Source of the DNA: the human T2T-CHM13v2.0 reference genome, Homo sapiens
Reading direction: 5' to 3' (one strand)
DNA length: 64,000 bases
NCBI RefSeq assembly: GCF_009914755.1
Contig: NC_060926.1
Below the pieces are notes generated by a model. The model searched no databases and was not told where the DNA came from. It saw only the letters and a program-made list of their open reading frames with translations. The position numbers and the translations under genes are program-made. Each line of letters opens with the position of its first letter. Positions within the stretch are counted from its first letter, which is position 1. Positions 1 to 15,504 of this stretch are shown here, one piece after another.

Positions 1-23
1 ACTGGCCAGTCTGCAGTACCAGC

Positions 24-90
24 TTTGCTATTGTGAACAGTGCTGCAATGAACATGGGAGTGCATTTGTCTTTTTGGTAGAATGATTTGT
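24..90 (-). mobile_element. L1 3'-region fragment
   Basis: TTTGCTATTGTGAACAGTGCTGCAATGAACATGGGAGTGCA is typical antisense L1 ORF2-end/3' UTR sequence. Confidence 0.7.
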
Positions 91-94
91 GGGC

Positions 95-1396
95 TTATAT
101 GGAACGAAGGCCTGCATTCTATCCTACGGTATCTCTCTTTATGATAGAACAATGTAGGAAGACAAACTCATAGCACAAAGTACACCAGATTTACTACAGT
201 CTAAGACTAATCTCACAAATCTTTTTTCCCATTAACAAAAACTTTGAAGAGGAAATGAACAGCAATTTTTACCATTAACTCAACCAGTGTGCACACAGAG
301 AAAGGCCAGAAGCCTGGCTGGTAAGAAATTCTTGTCCTTTTGCCAGCTTGCCAGCTTTCTGTGTTTTCTTTCTCTGCAGCTTCTGGAAGAGCAGAGTGAA
401 TTTTCATGATTCTGCTTGCTCTGCCTAGCTGTGGGGGCCAAGCTGAATTACAAAAGAAAATCATCGTTTTTCATCTCATGAAACCACAGGCAAAAGCCAC
501 TCAATTTTTCAAGATGCAGCTAAATGGGCTGCATGGGGGAACTGAATTAACATTTCTCATTCTGGCCAGAACAATATACACCAACAAAAGACAGACACTA
601 GTCACCTGCTCAAGCACCTAGGCACCAACCTGGTAAGGCTCAAATGTGCCCTTATTGGTCCCTGTCATCTTTGATTCACTCTAAGTGGGTTGAGATGACC
701 TCTGACTAGTGAGCAGTCTCTGGGTAAGATGGAAGACTGGACAGTCACCCTGAGTTAGAGCTATTGAGTTTCCTTCAGGGCTCACTGAATGTGCCCAGAC
801 AAATAAAAAGGGTTCACCAAATTAGGCCTGCTGGACTTCCAACAGCAATTCTTTCAGGGGTCCTCTCCACATATGCAAACACACACAGTGAAGTAAACAG
901 ACAAATAGAAGGCCTTCAAAACCAAGATTGCAGATCAGATTCCAAATCAGAAGAGTATTCTTCCAAACCAGCCCCCTATTATCCATCCAAGTGGGGATAA
1001 ATCTCCCCAAACCAAACCTCTTCCTGAAATTTAGGGAGAGCCTAATAGTCCCTGTAATGGGACTACAGTGACTTCAGAGAGACCAACAGATCAAGAGAAG
1101 GAAGGGAATGTTTGTTGCACCTAGAAGACTCATCAAACCAGGTTAAAGATGACTTACAGGAATGATTTCTCCATTGCAATGGAGAAAATCCATTGCAATG
1201 GGGAATAGTGCCCCATTGCCGATGTGGCACTATGGGTCAACAGTGCCTCACTGACAGGGACAGCACCATAGAGGGCCCACAGTTCAAGAGAAATAGCAGC
1301 CACTAGAGCTCACGTGCAAGTGTGTTGTACCAGTGGGAGCCTGATGAACTGCAGGCAGGCACCTGGATGGGTGAATCCCAGATGAGTCCTCAAATT
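95..1396 (-). mobile_element. ERV1 internal leader remnant (MER4-group / HUERS-P1-like)
   Basis: Lies directly 3' (minus strand) of an LTR and PBS; has MER4-group-like motifs (CTGGCTGGTAAGAAATTCTTG) and a GTAAGT donor at 1157-1152; no intact ORF. Confidence 0.7.
1375..1392 (-). promoter_or_regulatory. Retroviral primer-binding site, tRNA-Pro type
   Basis: Minus strand reads TGAGGACTCATCTGGGAT, 14/18 identical to the tRNA-Pro PBS TGGGGGCTCGTCCGGGAT, 4 nt after the LTR terminal ACA. Confidence 0.8.
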
Positions 1397-1870
1397 TGTA
1401 ATCACCCAGCAGGTTCTTTTTGCCTGCTGTACAGACAAAACCAGTTCACTGAGACAGTGGTATTGCAGTAAAGAAAGAGTTTAACTAACATCAGGCTGGC
1501 CACGCAGGACAACTGGAGTTATCACTCAAATTGGTCTCCCAAAAGTCTTGGAGGTTAGGGTTCCTAAAGGATAGTTTGGCAGGCAGGGAATTAGGGAAGG
1601 GATGCTGCTGATTGGTTGGGGATGCAGTTCATAGGGGTGTGGAAAACTGTCCTCATGTACTAAGTCTGCCTCTGTGTGAGGGGACCACAGGACCAGTTGA
1701 GTCATGAGTCCAGGTGGAGTCAGTCTGAAACACCTCTCAAAAGACCACTCTTAGTTTCTACAATAGTAATGTTATCTATAGAAGCAACTGGGGAAGCCAC
1801 AAATCTTGTGACCTCTGGCCACATAACTCCTGAGCAGTAAAGGATTACAGAGACTTATAAAAAGATTATA
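1397..1870 (-). mobile_element. LTR8-family LTR, 3' portion (interrupted by L1)
   Basis: Starts TGTAATCACCCAGCAGGTTC... like the LTR8 reverse complement; AP-1 site TGAGTCA near 1698. Confidence 0.75.
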
Positions 1871-2830
1871 GGGCACCAGGCAGAGGCCTGAGGCCCCCAT
1901 TCCAGGGCCTAGCACCTGGATGACATTTCCAAACACAGCCTGGGCCAGGAGAGAACCTGCTACCTTGAAAGGAAGGACCCAGTCTTGGAAGACTTCATCA
2001 CCTCTTGATGAAAGCTCCGTTAGGCCCTGAATAATCTCCACAGTGGTAGTACTTGCTGCAGGACTTGGGTGAGACTCCAAGCCATGTTGGCTTAAGATGT
2101 GACCCAGCACATTATCAGCTGTGGTGACTATGGGGAAAGACCCCTTCTGCTTAAGGAAAGGAGAAGGAAGAGTAAAGGGACTTTGTCTTGCAGCTTGCAT
2201 ACCAGCTGGGTCACAGTGGGGTGGAGCAACAAGCAGTCCCTGGGGTCCCTGATTCCAGGCCTTGGTTCCTGGATGGCATTTCTGGATGTGCGCTGGGCCA
2301 GAAGGGGAGCTCACTGCCCTGAAGGGAGAGACTCAGGACTGGCAGCATTCACCACAAGCTTACTGAAGAGCCCTTGAGCCTTGAGTGAATACTGGTGGTA
2401 GGCAGACAGCAGTCACCCCAGGCCTGGGGTGATGGTGGCCAGACACACAACCTTTTCTCTGCTTGAGGAAAGGGGAGGGAAGAGTGGGAAGGACTTTGTT
2501 TTGCAGGTTGGATGCCAGCTCACCCACAGTGGAATAGAGTACCAGGTAGGTTTCTGAGGTTCCTAACTCCATGCCCTGGCTCCTGGGCAGCATCTCCAAA
2601 CCTGCCCGGGGCCTGGGAGAACTTGCTGCCCTAAAGGGAAGGACACAAGCCTGGTTGGATTTGCCACCTGCTGATTGTAGACTCCTTGGGCCATGAGTGA
2701 ACATAGGTGGTAACTAGGCAGCGGTCACTGCGGGCCTTGGGTGAGACCCAGTGCTGTGCTGACTTCGGGTCTGACCCAGTATAGTCCATGTGGTAATGGC
2801 CAGGGTGCCTGTGTCACCCCTCCTCGAGAT
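1871..2830 (+). repeat. About three diverged 315-350 bp monomers in the L1 5' UTR
   Basis: Motif GGGCC..GAGAAC.TGCT.CC.T.AA.GGAAGGAC recurs at ~1942, ~2295 and ~2609. Confidence 0.7.
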
Positions 2831-3634
2831 CCAGGCAGCTCAGAACACAGAGAGACTCCATATGTCTGGAAAAAAGTAAAGGAACAGAACAAGAGCCTCT
2901 GCCTGGTACTCCAGGGAAATTCTCCTGGATCTTACCCAAGACCACCAAGGACCTACTTCTATAAGTGTGCAAGAACCACAGCGTTAGTGGGTTTGGTGTG
3001 CCACCTAATGAAGATACAGCTGCAGTGACCAAATACTTAGATATCTTCAAATACCTGGAAAGCGTTCCAAAGACAGATGGGTACAAACAAGCCTAGGCTG
3101 CAAAGACTATAATAAATACCTAACTCTTCAATGCCCAGAAAATGACAAACATCTGCAAGCATCAGGACCATCTGGGAAAATATGACCTCATGAAATGAAC
3201 TAAATAAAACATCAGTAACCAATCCTAAAGAGATAGAGATATGTGACCTTTCAGACATTACATTCAGCATAGCTGTTTTGAGGAAGCTCAACAAAATCTG
3301 AGATAACATAGAGAAGGAATTTACCATATAAATGTAATAAAGAGACTGAAATAATTAAAAAGAATCAAGCAGATATTCTGGATTTCAAAAATGTAGTTGA
3401 CACACTGGAGAATGCATCAGAGTACACTAACAGCAGAATTGAACAAGCAGAAGAATTAGTGAGCTTGAAGACAGGCTATTTGAAAATACACAGTCATAGA
3501 AGACAAAAGAAAAAAGAATAAAAAAGATTGAAGCATGCTTACAAGATCTAGGAAATAGCCTCAAAAGGGCAAATCTAAGAGTTTTAGCCTTAAAGAAGAG
3601 GTAGAGAAAGAGATAGGGGTAGAAAATTTATTCA

Positions 3635-4075
3635 TGCAGCACTATTCACAATAGCAAGACATGGAATCAACTTAAATGCTCATCGATGATAGACTGGATA
3701 AAGAAAATTGGTGCATATACACCATGGAATACCATCCAGCCATAAAAAAGAATGATATCGTGTTGTGGGGACATGGATGGAGCTGGAGGTCATTATCCTT
3801 AGCAGACTAATGCAGAAACAGAAAACCAAATACCACATGCTCTCACTTATAAGTGAGAGCTACATGATGAGAACACATGGGCACATAGAGGGGAACAACA
3901 CACACTGGGGCCTACAAGACGGTAGGAGGAGGGAGAGGATCAAGAAAAATAACTTATGGGCACTATGCCAAATACCTGGCTGATGAAATAATCTGTACAA
4001 CAAACCCCCATGACACAAGTTTACCTATGTGAAAAACCTGCACGTGTATCCCTGAACTTAAAAGTAAGTTAAAAA
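3635..4075 (+). mobile_element. 5'-truncated L1PA (L1PA13-16-like) nested in host ORF1
   Basis: Diagnostic 3' end TGATGAAATAATCTGTACAACAAACCCCCATGACACAAG; degenerate TSD AAAATTTATTCA / AAAATGTATTGA. Confidence 0.85.
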
Positions 4076-4688
4076 CCACAAAATGTATTGAAATGGATAA
4101 TAAAAGAGAGCTTCCCAAACCTAGAGAAAGATATCAATACTCAACTACAAGAAGGTTATAGAACACCCAGCAGATTTAACCCAAAGACAACTACTTCAAG
4201 GCATGTAATAAACTCCCACACATCAAGGATAAAGAAAGGATCCTGAAAGCACAAAAGAAACAAGTAACATACAACAGAGCTCTGATATGTCGGACAGCAG
4301 ACTTTTCAATAAAAACCTTACAGACCAGGAGAGAGTGGCATGACATATTTAAAGTACTGAAAGAAAAAAGTCTTTTACCCCTGGAGTAGTATATCCTGCA
4401 AAAACATCCTTCAAACATAAAGGAGAAATAAAGACTTTCCCAGACAAACAAATGCTGAGGGATTTCATTGACACCAGCTCTGTCCTACAAGAAATGCTAA
4501 AGGGAGTACATTAATCAGAAAGAAAAGGATGTTAAGGAGCAATAATAAATCCTTTGAAGGTGCAATATTCACTGCTAGTAGTAACTACACAGGAAAACAT
4601 GGAGTACTATAACACTATAGCTGTAATGTGTAAACTACTTTTAAGTAGAAAGACTAAACAATGAACCTAACAAAAATAATAACTACAA

Positions 4689-4990
4689 GGCTACATGCAG
4701 TGGCTTATGCCTGTAATCCCAGCACTTTGGGAGTCCAAGTCATGAGGATCTTGAACCCAGGAGTCCGAGACCACCCTGAGCAACACAGGGAGGCCCAATC
4801 TCTACAAGCAATAATAATAATAATAACTAGGAGGGTCGTGGGCAGCTGTGGTCCTAGCTACTTGGGAAGCTGAGATGGAAGGATCACTGGGGCCTGAGAG
4901 GTTGAGGCTGCAGTGAGTAGATTGTGCCAGTGCACTCCAGCCTGGGCAATGGAGTGAGACTGTCTCAAAATCAGAATAAGAATAAGAATA
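4689..4990 (+). mobile_element. AluJ
   Basis: Diverged Alu dimer with J-type GAGGCTGCAGTGAG and an (AGAATA)n tail. Confidence 0.9.
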
Positions 4991-5301
4991 ATTACAACAA
5001 CTTTTCAAGACACAGGTAGTACAATAAGATATAAATAGAAACAACAAAAAGTTAAAAAGTGGGGGGACAAAGTTAAGGTGTAGAGTTTTTATCAGTTTTC
5101 TTTTTGCTTGTTTGTTTATGCAAACGGTGTTTGCATAAAATAATAGTTCATAAGATAGTATTTGCAAGCTTCATGGTAACCTCAAATCAAAAAACATGCA
5201 ATGGATACATTAAAAATAAAAAGCAAGAAGTTAAATTATACAACCAGAGAAAAATTATCTTCACTAGAGCATGACAGGAAGGAAGAAAAGAGGCAGGAGA
5301 G

Positions 5302-5602
<301 letters not shown>

Positions 5603-5630
5603 GGAGGAAGAGAAGACCACAAAACCAGAA

Positions 5631-5664
5631 ACACACACACACACACACATAAACACACATACAC
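5631..5664. repeat. (CA)n microsatellite, interrupted
   Basis: Read directly from the sequence. Confidence 0.9.
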
Positions 5665-6018
5665 AAATAAAATATTATAATGTATCAATGATAACATTGA
5701 ATGTAAATGGAGTAAATTCTCCAATCAAAAGACATAGAGTGGCTAAATGGCTAAAACAAAACAAAACACATGACCCAATGATCTCTTACCTACAAAAAAC
5801 ACACTTCACCTATAAGGATACACATAGACTGAAAATAAAGGGATGGAAAAGATAATTTGTGCCCATAGAAACCAAAAAAGAGCAGGAGTAGCTACACTTG
5901 TATCAGACAAAATAGATTTCAAAACAAAAACTATAAGAAGAGACAAAAAGGTCAATATATTATTCAGCAAGAGGATATTACAATTGTAAATATATATGCA
6001 CCCCAAACCTGAAGCAGA

Positions 6019-6042
6019 AATATATATATAAATATATATATG

Positions 6043-6084
<42 letters not shown>
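6019..6084. repeat. (TA)n microsatellite inside L1 ORF2
   Basis: Read directly from the sequence. Confidence 0.95.
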
Positions 6085-6085
<1 letters not shown>

Positions 6086-9000
6086 CAAATATTATTAGAG
6101 CTGAAAAGAGAGATACATCCCAGTACAATAATAGCTGGAAACTTCAACACTCCACTTTCAGCATTGGACATATCATCCAGACAGAAAAACCAACAAAGAA
6201 ACGTCAGACTTAATCTGTACTATAGATCAAATGGACCCAATAGATATTTATAGAATATTTCATCCAACGGCTGCAGAATATACATTCTTTTCCTCAGCAC
6301 ATGAATCATTCCCAAAGGTAGACCATACGTTAGGTCACAAACAAGTCTTTAAAAATTAAAAAAAATTGAAATAACACCAACTATCTTCTCTGACTACAAT
6401 GAAATAAAACTAGAAATCAATAACAAGAGAAATTTTGGAAACTATACAAACACATGGAAATTAATCAATATGCTTCTGAATGACCAATGGGTCAATGAAG
6501 AAATTAAGAAGGAAATAAAGAAATGACAATGGAAACACAACATACCAAAACCTACTGGATATGGCAAAAGCAGTAGTAATAAGAGGACATTTTATAGCTG
6601 TAAGTGCCTACATGAAAAAGAGAAGAAAAACTTCAAATAAACAACCTAACAATGCATCTTAAAGAACTAGGGCAAAAAAAGAGCAAACTTAACTCAAAAG
6701 TAATAGAAAAATGAAATAATAAAGATCAGAGCAGAAACAAATAAAATTGAAACCAAAAAAAATGCAAAAGATCAATGAAATGAAACATTGGTTAAAAAAA
6801 AAAAAAACTGACAAATCTTTAGCCCAACTGACTAAGAAGAAAAGAGAGAAGACCCAAATAAATAAAGTCAGAGATGAAAAAGTAGACAACTGATACTGCA
6901 GAAATTCAAAGGATCATGAAAGATTACTATGAGCAACTATATGCCAATAAATTGGAAAACCTAGAAGAAATGGATCAACTCCTAGACACATACAACCTAC
7001 TAAGATTGAACCATGAAGAAATCCAAAACCTGAACAGACCAACACAAGAGATAGAAACCATCATGAAAAGTTTTCCAGCAAAGAAAAGCCTGGAACTCGA
7101 TGGCTTCACTCTTATATTTTACCAAACATTTAAAGAAGAACTAATACCAATCCTACTCAAACTATTCCAAAAAATATAAGAGAAGGGAATACTTCCACAC
7201 TCATTCTATGAGGCCAATATTACCCTGATACCATGACCAGACAAAAACATGACAAGCAAACCAAAAAAAAAAAAAAGGAAGAAAACTACAGGCCAATATC
7301 TGTGATGAACATTGATGCAAAAATCCTCAACAAAATACCAGCAAATCGAATTCAACAACACATTAAAAAAGATCATTCATCATGACCAAGTGAGATTTAT
7401 CCCAAGGATGCAGAGATGTTTGAATATATGCAAGTCAATCGGTGTGGTCATATCAACAGAATGAAGGACAAAAATCATATAATTATCTCAACTGATGTTG
7501 AAAAATCATTTAATAAAATTCAACATCCCTCCATAACAACAACAACAACAACAACAACAAAACACACTCAAAAATCTGGGCATAGAAGGAACATACCTCA
7601 ACATAATAAAAGTCATATATATATATACAACAGACCCACGGCTGGTGTCATATTGAATGGGGAAAAACTTAAAAGCCTTTCCTCAAAGATCTGGAACACG
7701 ACAAGGATGCCCACTTTCAACACTTATTCAGCGTAGTACTAGAAGTCCTAGCTAGAGCAATCACACAAGAGAAAGAAATAAAGAGCATCCAAATTGGAAT
7801 GGAAGAAGTCAAATTATCCTTGTTTGCAGATGATATGATCTTATGTCTGAAAAAAATCCTAAAGACTCCACCAAAAAAAAAATGTTAGAACTGATTAACA
7901 AATTCAGCAAAGCTGCAGCATACAAAATCAACATACAAAAATCGGTAGTAGCATTTCTATATGCCAACAGCAAACAATCTGAAAAAGAAATCAAGAAAGT
8001 AATCCCATTTGCAATAACTACAAATAAAATATAATACCTAGGAATTAACCAAAGAAGTGAAAGATCTCTACAATGAAAACTATAAAACACTGATGCACGA
8101 AATTGAAGAGGACACCAAAAAATGGAAAGATATTCCACGTTCGTAGATTGGAAGAATCAATGTTGTTAAATTGTCCATACCACCCAAAGCAATCTATAGA
8201 TTCAATGCAATCCCTATCAAAAAACAATGAAATTCTTCACAGAAATAGAAAAAAACAATCCTAAAATGTATATGAAAGCATAAAAGACCCAGACTAGACA
8301 AAGCTATCCTGAGTTAAAAGAACAAAACTGGAGGAATCATATTACCTGACTTCAAATTATACTACAGAGCCACAGTAACCAAAACAGCATGGTACTGGCA
8401 TAAAAATAGACACATAGACCAATAGGAAAGAATAAAGAACCTAGAGATAAATCCATACATCTACAGTCAACTCATTTTCAACAAAGGTGCCAAGAACATA
8501 CACTGGAGAAAGGACAGTCTCTCCAATATATGCTGCTGGGAAAACTGGATATCCACATGCAGAAGAATGAAACTAGACCCTTATCTATTGCCATATACAT
8601 AAATCATATCAAAATGGATTAAAGAATTAAATCTAAGACCTCAAACTATGAAACTACTACAAGAAAACATTGGGAAAACTCTTCAGGACATTGGACTGGG
8701 CAAAAGTTTCTTGAGTAATACTCCACAAGCACAGACAACCAAAGCAAAAATGGACAAACAGGATCACATCAAGTTAAAAATTTTCTGCACAGCAAAGGAA
8801 ACAATCAAAAAAATGAAGAGACAACCCACAGAATGGGAGAAAATATTTGCAAACTACTCATCTGACAAAGGATTAATAACCAGAATATATAAGGAGCTCA
8901 AACAACTCAATAGGAAAAAAAAATCTAGTAACATGATTAAAAGACTGGCAAGAAATCTAAATAGACATTTCTCAAAAGAAGACATACAAATGGCAATTAG

Positions 9001-9919
9001 CTATATAAAAAGGTGTTCAACATCACTGAATTTCAGAGAACTGCAAATCAAAACTACAATGAGATATCATCTCACCCCAGTTAAAATGGCTGATACCCAA
9101 AAGACAGGCAATAATGAATGCTGACGAGGATGTGGAGAAAAGGGAACCCTCATACGCTCTTGGTGGGAATGTAAATTAGTACAGCCACTATGGAGAACAG
9201 TTTGGAGGTTCCTCAAAAAACTAAAAATAGAGCTATGATCCAGCAATCCCACGGCTAGGTATATAACCAAAAGAAAGGAAATCAGTATATCAAAGAGATA
9301 TCTGCATTCCTATGTTTACTGTAGCACTATTCAGAGTAGCCAAGATTTGGAAGCAACCCAGTTGGACAAATCAACAGACAAACGGATAAAGAAAATTTGG
9401 TACATATACACAATGAAGTATTATTCAGCCATAAAAAAGAATGAGATCCTGTCATTTGCAACAACATGGATGGAACTGTAAGTTGTTATGTTAATTAAAA
9501 TAAGCTAGGCACAGTGAAAGTGCATGCTTTCACTTTTGTGGGAGCTGAAAAAAAATTACAGTAATTGAACTTATGGAGATGGAGAATAGAAGGATGGTTA
9601 CCAAAGTCTGGGAAGGGTAGTGATGGCAGGGGGGCAGGCAAAGTAGGGATGGTTAATGGGTACAAAAATATAGGTAGAATAAACAAGATCTAGTATTTGA
9701 TAGCACAGCAGAGTGACTATAGTCAACAATAATTTACTGTACAATTTTAAATAAAACAGTATAATTGGATTGTTTGTAACCCAGAAAAGATAAGTGCTTA
9801 AGGTGTTGGATAACCCATTTACCCTGATGTGATTATTACACATTGTATGCCTGTATCAAAATATCTCATGTACCCCATAAATATATACATCTATTATGTA
9901 CCCACAAAACTTCTTTTCA

Positions 9920-10070
9920 AAAGTAAAACTATAAACTAAATTCTTTCAGTGATTACCTTGGCCTACTCCTAGGAATGAGTGAAGATAGCCGACCTGTGAG
10001 TCTACAAGGGAGATGGAGTCAGCCATGTTAGATTTGTCTCACTGTCATAATCTTTGCAAAGGTGGTTTTA
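9920..10070 (-). mobile_element. LTR8-family LTR, 5' portion
   Basis: AAACTATAAACTAAATTC...CTCACTGTCATAATCTTTGCAAAGGTGGTTT matches the other end of the LTR that starts at 1397. Confidence 0.8.
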
Positions 10071-10161
10071 AAGTTAAAGGGAAGAGGTACATTTGAATCC
10101 TTTGAGACGTGGTATAAATTAACACAAACTTTTTAGAGGGCAATTTGGCAATATATATACT

Positions 10162-11175
<1,014 letters not shown>

Positions 11176-11273
11176 CATAAATAAAACATAAATGTTTATA
11201 TTATTATAATGATTTTTCTATAAAAACGTTTAGGTAAACAAGTAACAAAACAAGAAGATTTTGCACAGACATT

Positions 11274-11644
11274 TGTAATGATGTCATACTCCTTAAATAA
11301 TGTTGGCCATTTCTGGTTCTCGTTCTCTCCTGGCCCCCTTGTGGTTTGGTGGGGCCTTGCAACTAGATCTGACGAATGAGTTCAGAAGTGGCATGTGTCG
11401 TTTCTAGGATGCATTTAATTGCCAGTGTGAATCTCTCCAGAGCTATCTTTTACCTCTGGAACAGTGTCTAACAACATTTGAGATGGCGACTGTTCTGTTG
11501 GTCTCGGTCCCAATGTGACTGTGATGTGCAAATGTTTCTTGCTAATTCAATATGTGAGTGAAAAATAAATCTGTTATTTTAAAGCATGGAGATTTGAGGG
11601 TTGTTTGTTTTAATAACATAGATTAGACAAATCCGACTTACACA
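11274..11644 (+). mobile_element. MLT1 (MLT1J-like) MaLR LTR
   Basis: TG...CA ends; AATAAA followed by GAGATTTGAGGGTTGTTTGTT. Confidence 0.7.
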
Positions 11645-11842
11645 CACTGAATAATTTATGAGAGCAAACAACTACCAACAACCCATGTGTACAAAAATAT
11701 GAGAAAGTGAAAGAAATTATTATGCATCCACAGTACGGAATATGTCCTTGGCAGTGAGAAATGCTTTTGAAAAATATTAAATTAGATAAAGAACCCTTCA
11801 CCATAAAAAACTACATGAAAACATAGAATATAAAACAATATA

Positions 11843-12818
11843 CAGTCATGCGCCACATAACATTTCAGTCAACAAGGAATGGAATATATGACAGTGGTCC
11901 CATAAGAGTATAATGGAGCTGGAAAACTCCTATTGCCTAGTGACATGGTAACTAGCATAATGTCATAGAGTAATGAGCTTATGGTGGTCCTTCAAGAAAT
12001 ATTCCAGCAAAAGGCATTGATATCATAGGAGATGAAAACTCCATGGGTGCTATTGCCCTTGAAGACTTTCCAGTAGGAAAAGATGTGGAGGTGGAAGAAA
12101 ATGATACTGATGACCTTGATCCTGTGTAGGCCTAGGCTAATGTGTGTGTTTGTGTCTTAGTTTTTAGCAAAAAAAGTTTTTAAAGTAAAAGAAAGTAAAA
12201 ATTTTTAAGTAGAAAAAGCTTATAGAATAAGTAAAGAAACTATTTTTGCACAGTCATACAACATATTGTGTTTTAAGCAAAGTGTTATTACAAAAGAGCC
12301 AAAAGGTAAAAAAAAATAAAAATAAAAGAATTAAAAGTTTATAAAGTAAATTTATTGTTAAGGAAAAAGTGCTTTTTTTTTGTAAATTTAGGATAGCCAA
12401 AGTGTATAGTGTTTATAAAATCTATAGTAGTGTATAGTAATGTCCTATGCCCTCACACGCACTCACCACTCACTCCTGGACTCACCCAGAGCAACTTCCA
12501 GTCCTGCAAGCTCCATTCATGGTAAGTGCCCTATACAGGTGTGCCATTTTTTAATCTTTTATACTGTATTTTCACTATGCCTTTTCTATGTTTAGATATG
12601 TTTAGATATACAAGTATTTACCATTGTGTTATAATTGCCTGGAGTATTCAATACAGTAACATGCTGTACAAGTTTTTAGCTCAGGAGTAATAAGCTATAC
12701 TATGTGGCCTAGGTGTGTAGTAGGCCATACCATCTAGGTTTGGGTAAGTATACTCAATGAAATTGCCTTATGATGCATTTTTCAGAACATATCTGCATCA
12801 TTAAGCAACATATGACTG
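11843..12818 (+). mobile_element. Tigger3b-like Tc1/mariner DNA transposon
   Basis: TIRs CAGTCATGCGCCACATAA ... TTAAGCAACATATGACTG with TA target duplication. Confidence 0.88.
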
Positions 12819-12924
12819 TATATTAAATGAGATCAATACATAAGATTATATGCAAAGTGCTTTGTGCAGTAAGTGCTCAATGGTGTTAGTTATTATTGTA
12901 TAATCAGGAACATGTAAATATCAT

Positions 12925-14063
12925 TGTACTGGGCTTTGCATTCTGGCTGAACAGCACAGTGGCTTACGTGTTCCTATGGCTGTGGCATCAGGCAATGCTG
13001 TGGTCCCTCATGACACCTGTGAGCATAACTAACCGGCATCTGACCTGGACTTCCCTTTTGCTGCTGGGGCATGAGATACTGGGACATGAGAAGCTGGGGT
13101 TTTCAGCTAAACGGTGCTGCAGAACCCATTGGGTATCCATCTAACAGGGCCTTTGAGGCTGCAAGTTGCAGGCAGGGATGTGGGAAGGCCACTGTCTCAG
13201 GCCTATTCTCTGGCTTGCCCTGAGGATGGCGGCTTATGCTGCAGATGCCGCAGTTGCTGTCATGGATTTAGCCTCCCCAACAGCTGATGGTGAGACCAGG
13301 TGGTGCAACCTGGAAGTGTGGGGGCGTAATGCCCTGTGAAGCTAACTTTAATCAATTGGAAATAGAAGCCAGAGGCTAATTCTTTTGCCTTACACCCCCA
13401 GGAGGGAGCTGTAATAGTTTCATACTATCTCTCTGAAGACATCCTGTGAGACCAGGCAATCAACTACACTTGTTCACCAAGCCACGGTCAGCTTAATAAC
13501 CCACATTTTTAAATATATGCTGTCCTTTCTCCTTTGCCTCCCTCCTGCTTCACGGGATGACATTCCCAATAAAGTATTTTAAAGTATAGCCTCAGGCATT
13601 GTTTTCCAGGGAATGGGCCTGTCTTCATCCATTAGGCCCTAAGCCTAATGACCCTAAGCTTTAAAGGAATACCTGAGGCTGGGTAATTTATAAATAAGAG
13701 GTTTATTTGGCTCACTGTTCTGCAGACTATACAAGAAGCATGGCTCCAGCATCCACTTCAAGTGAGGGCTTCAGGCTGCTTCCACTTATGGTGAAAGAAG
13801 AAGGAAAGCTGGCATGTGCAGAGATCACATGGGAAGAGAGCAAGAGAGAGAGGCGAGGGAGGTGCCAGGCTCTTTTCAACAACCAGGTCATGCAGGAACT
13901 AAGAGTAAGAACTCACTCCTTCTCGTAAGAATGGCACCAAGCCATTCCTAAGGACCCAGACACCTCCTACCAGGCCCCACCTCCAACAGTGGGAATCAAA
14001 TTTCAACATGAGACTTGGTGGGACCAAACAAACCATATTCAAACCCTAGTAGGGCCTAAGACA
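12925..14063 (+). mobile_element. LTR16-family ERVL LTR, split by an MST
   Basis: GGTGCAACCTGGAAGTGTGG, CCCAATAAA and terminal CTAAGACA. Confidence 0.7.
13620..14051 (-). mobile_element. MSTB-like MaLR solo LTR
   Basis: AAAGGAATACCTGAGGCTGGGTAATTTATAAA...; 5-bp TSD GGGCC at 13615-13619 and 14052-14056. Confidence 0.88.
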
Positions 14064-14066
14064 GTT

Positions 14067-14410
<344 letters not shown>

Positions 14411-15504
14411 TAAGACAGTTATTCATACTTCCATAGATATCTCATGGTTCCAAGTATAAGAGCAACACTCCTACCATAGTTCTCATGTTCCTGTCCCCAT
14501 CTTCCTCATAGCAGCACATAGCGATGTCTTCCTCTACCATCACCCCCAGTGTTGTCCAGGAAGAAACATAAGTGATAATAAGACATAGACAGAACATACA
14601 GTGGAGATTTAGTGCCACAATTGTTTAAATCTTAGCAAATCTGTCAGAAATTTAGATCATTCTTTTAGAAAACCAAGGGAACGAATACAGCAACATTCCA
14701 CTTCCCAAGACATGACAGCAGATGTGAGGCTTGATAATGCAAATGTATATAGCTTTTCTAACACTTTTCCGTAGGAGGATTTCATCACCGTGTGCTGCAA
14801 CTATCACAGAAAGTTTATTGTTTCTTTCTTCCAAATTTGACCTAACTTTCTGCTCCCCATTCACCTACTTGTACCTGGGGGACCCAGACAAGCTCTTCTG
14901 TAGTTGGCTTCTGACCCACACAAACCTGTAAATGCCCAGAAACAGCGATCAGCCAAGTCTACTCTGCATGGAGATGTGCTTCAGTCCCCCTGGGCCCCTG
15001 GCTGGCTACCTTGAGCTTCAGAACTTCAGACAGTGCCTTGGCCTGAACCTCCTCTGGAGTGGAGCCTTTCTGGGGTTGTGGAGCCAGGCTCCTGGCTTCT
15101 TATGACTCCTGACACTTGGGTGTCCTGTTACCTGTGAGTCATCTTGCTTGTTGACTCTTGGCCTGCTTTCACTTCCTGACAACTGAGCTTGTGCTGGTAA
15201 CTCTCACCCTTCAGGCACCGACCCTTGGCCTATGGCAGACACTCCTGGCCCCAACTTCTTGCCTTGACTAGTAACCCCTAGCTGTCCATTCCTTGGAGCA
15301 TAAAATCTGATCACTCATTTTTAAAGACTCCACAACTTTCTCTTACTCACACTAAATAATACTAGTATTTTTAAATGTTAAAGTCTAATTACCAGTGGTC
15401 TCATACTTGATGAAAGCAGAAGCCGACAGGAGTTAGATAAAATGTGATCATGAAAGCTAAAAGAGGGCTCTATTACGATAATGACTTCTCTTTATAAAAA
15501 TATA

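Noticed and set aside
1772-3086. ORFs of 90-180 aa
   Set aside because: Chance frames in the L1 5' UTR monomers.
6916-9124. L1 ORF2 peptide fragments as a functional CDS
   Set aside because: ORF2 is broken by many stops, frameshifts and microsatellites.
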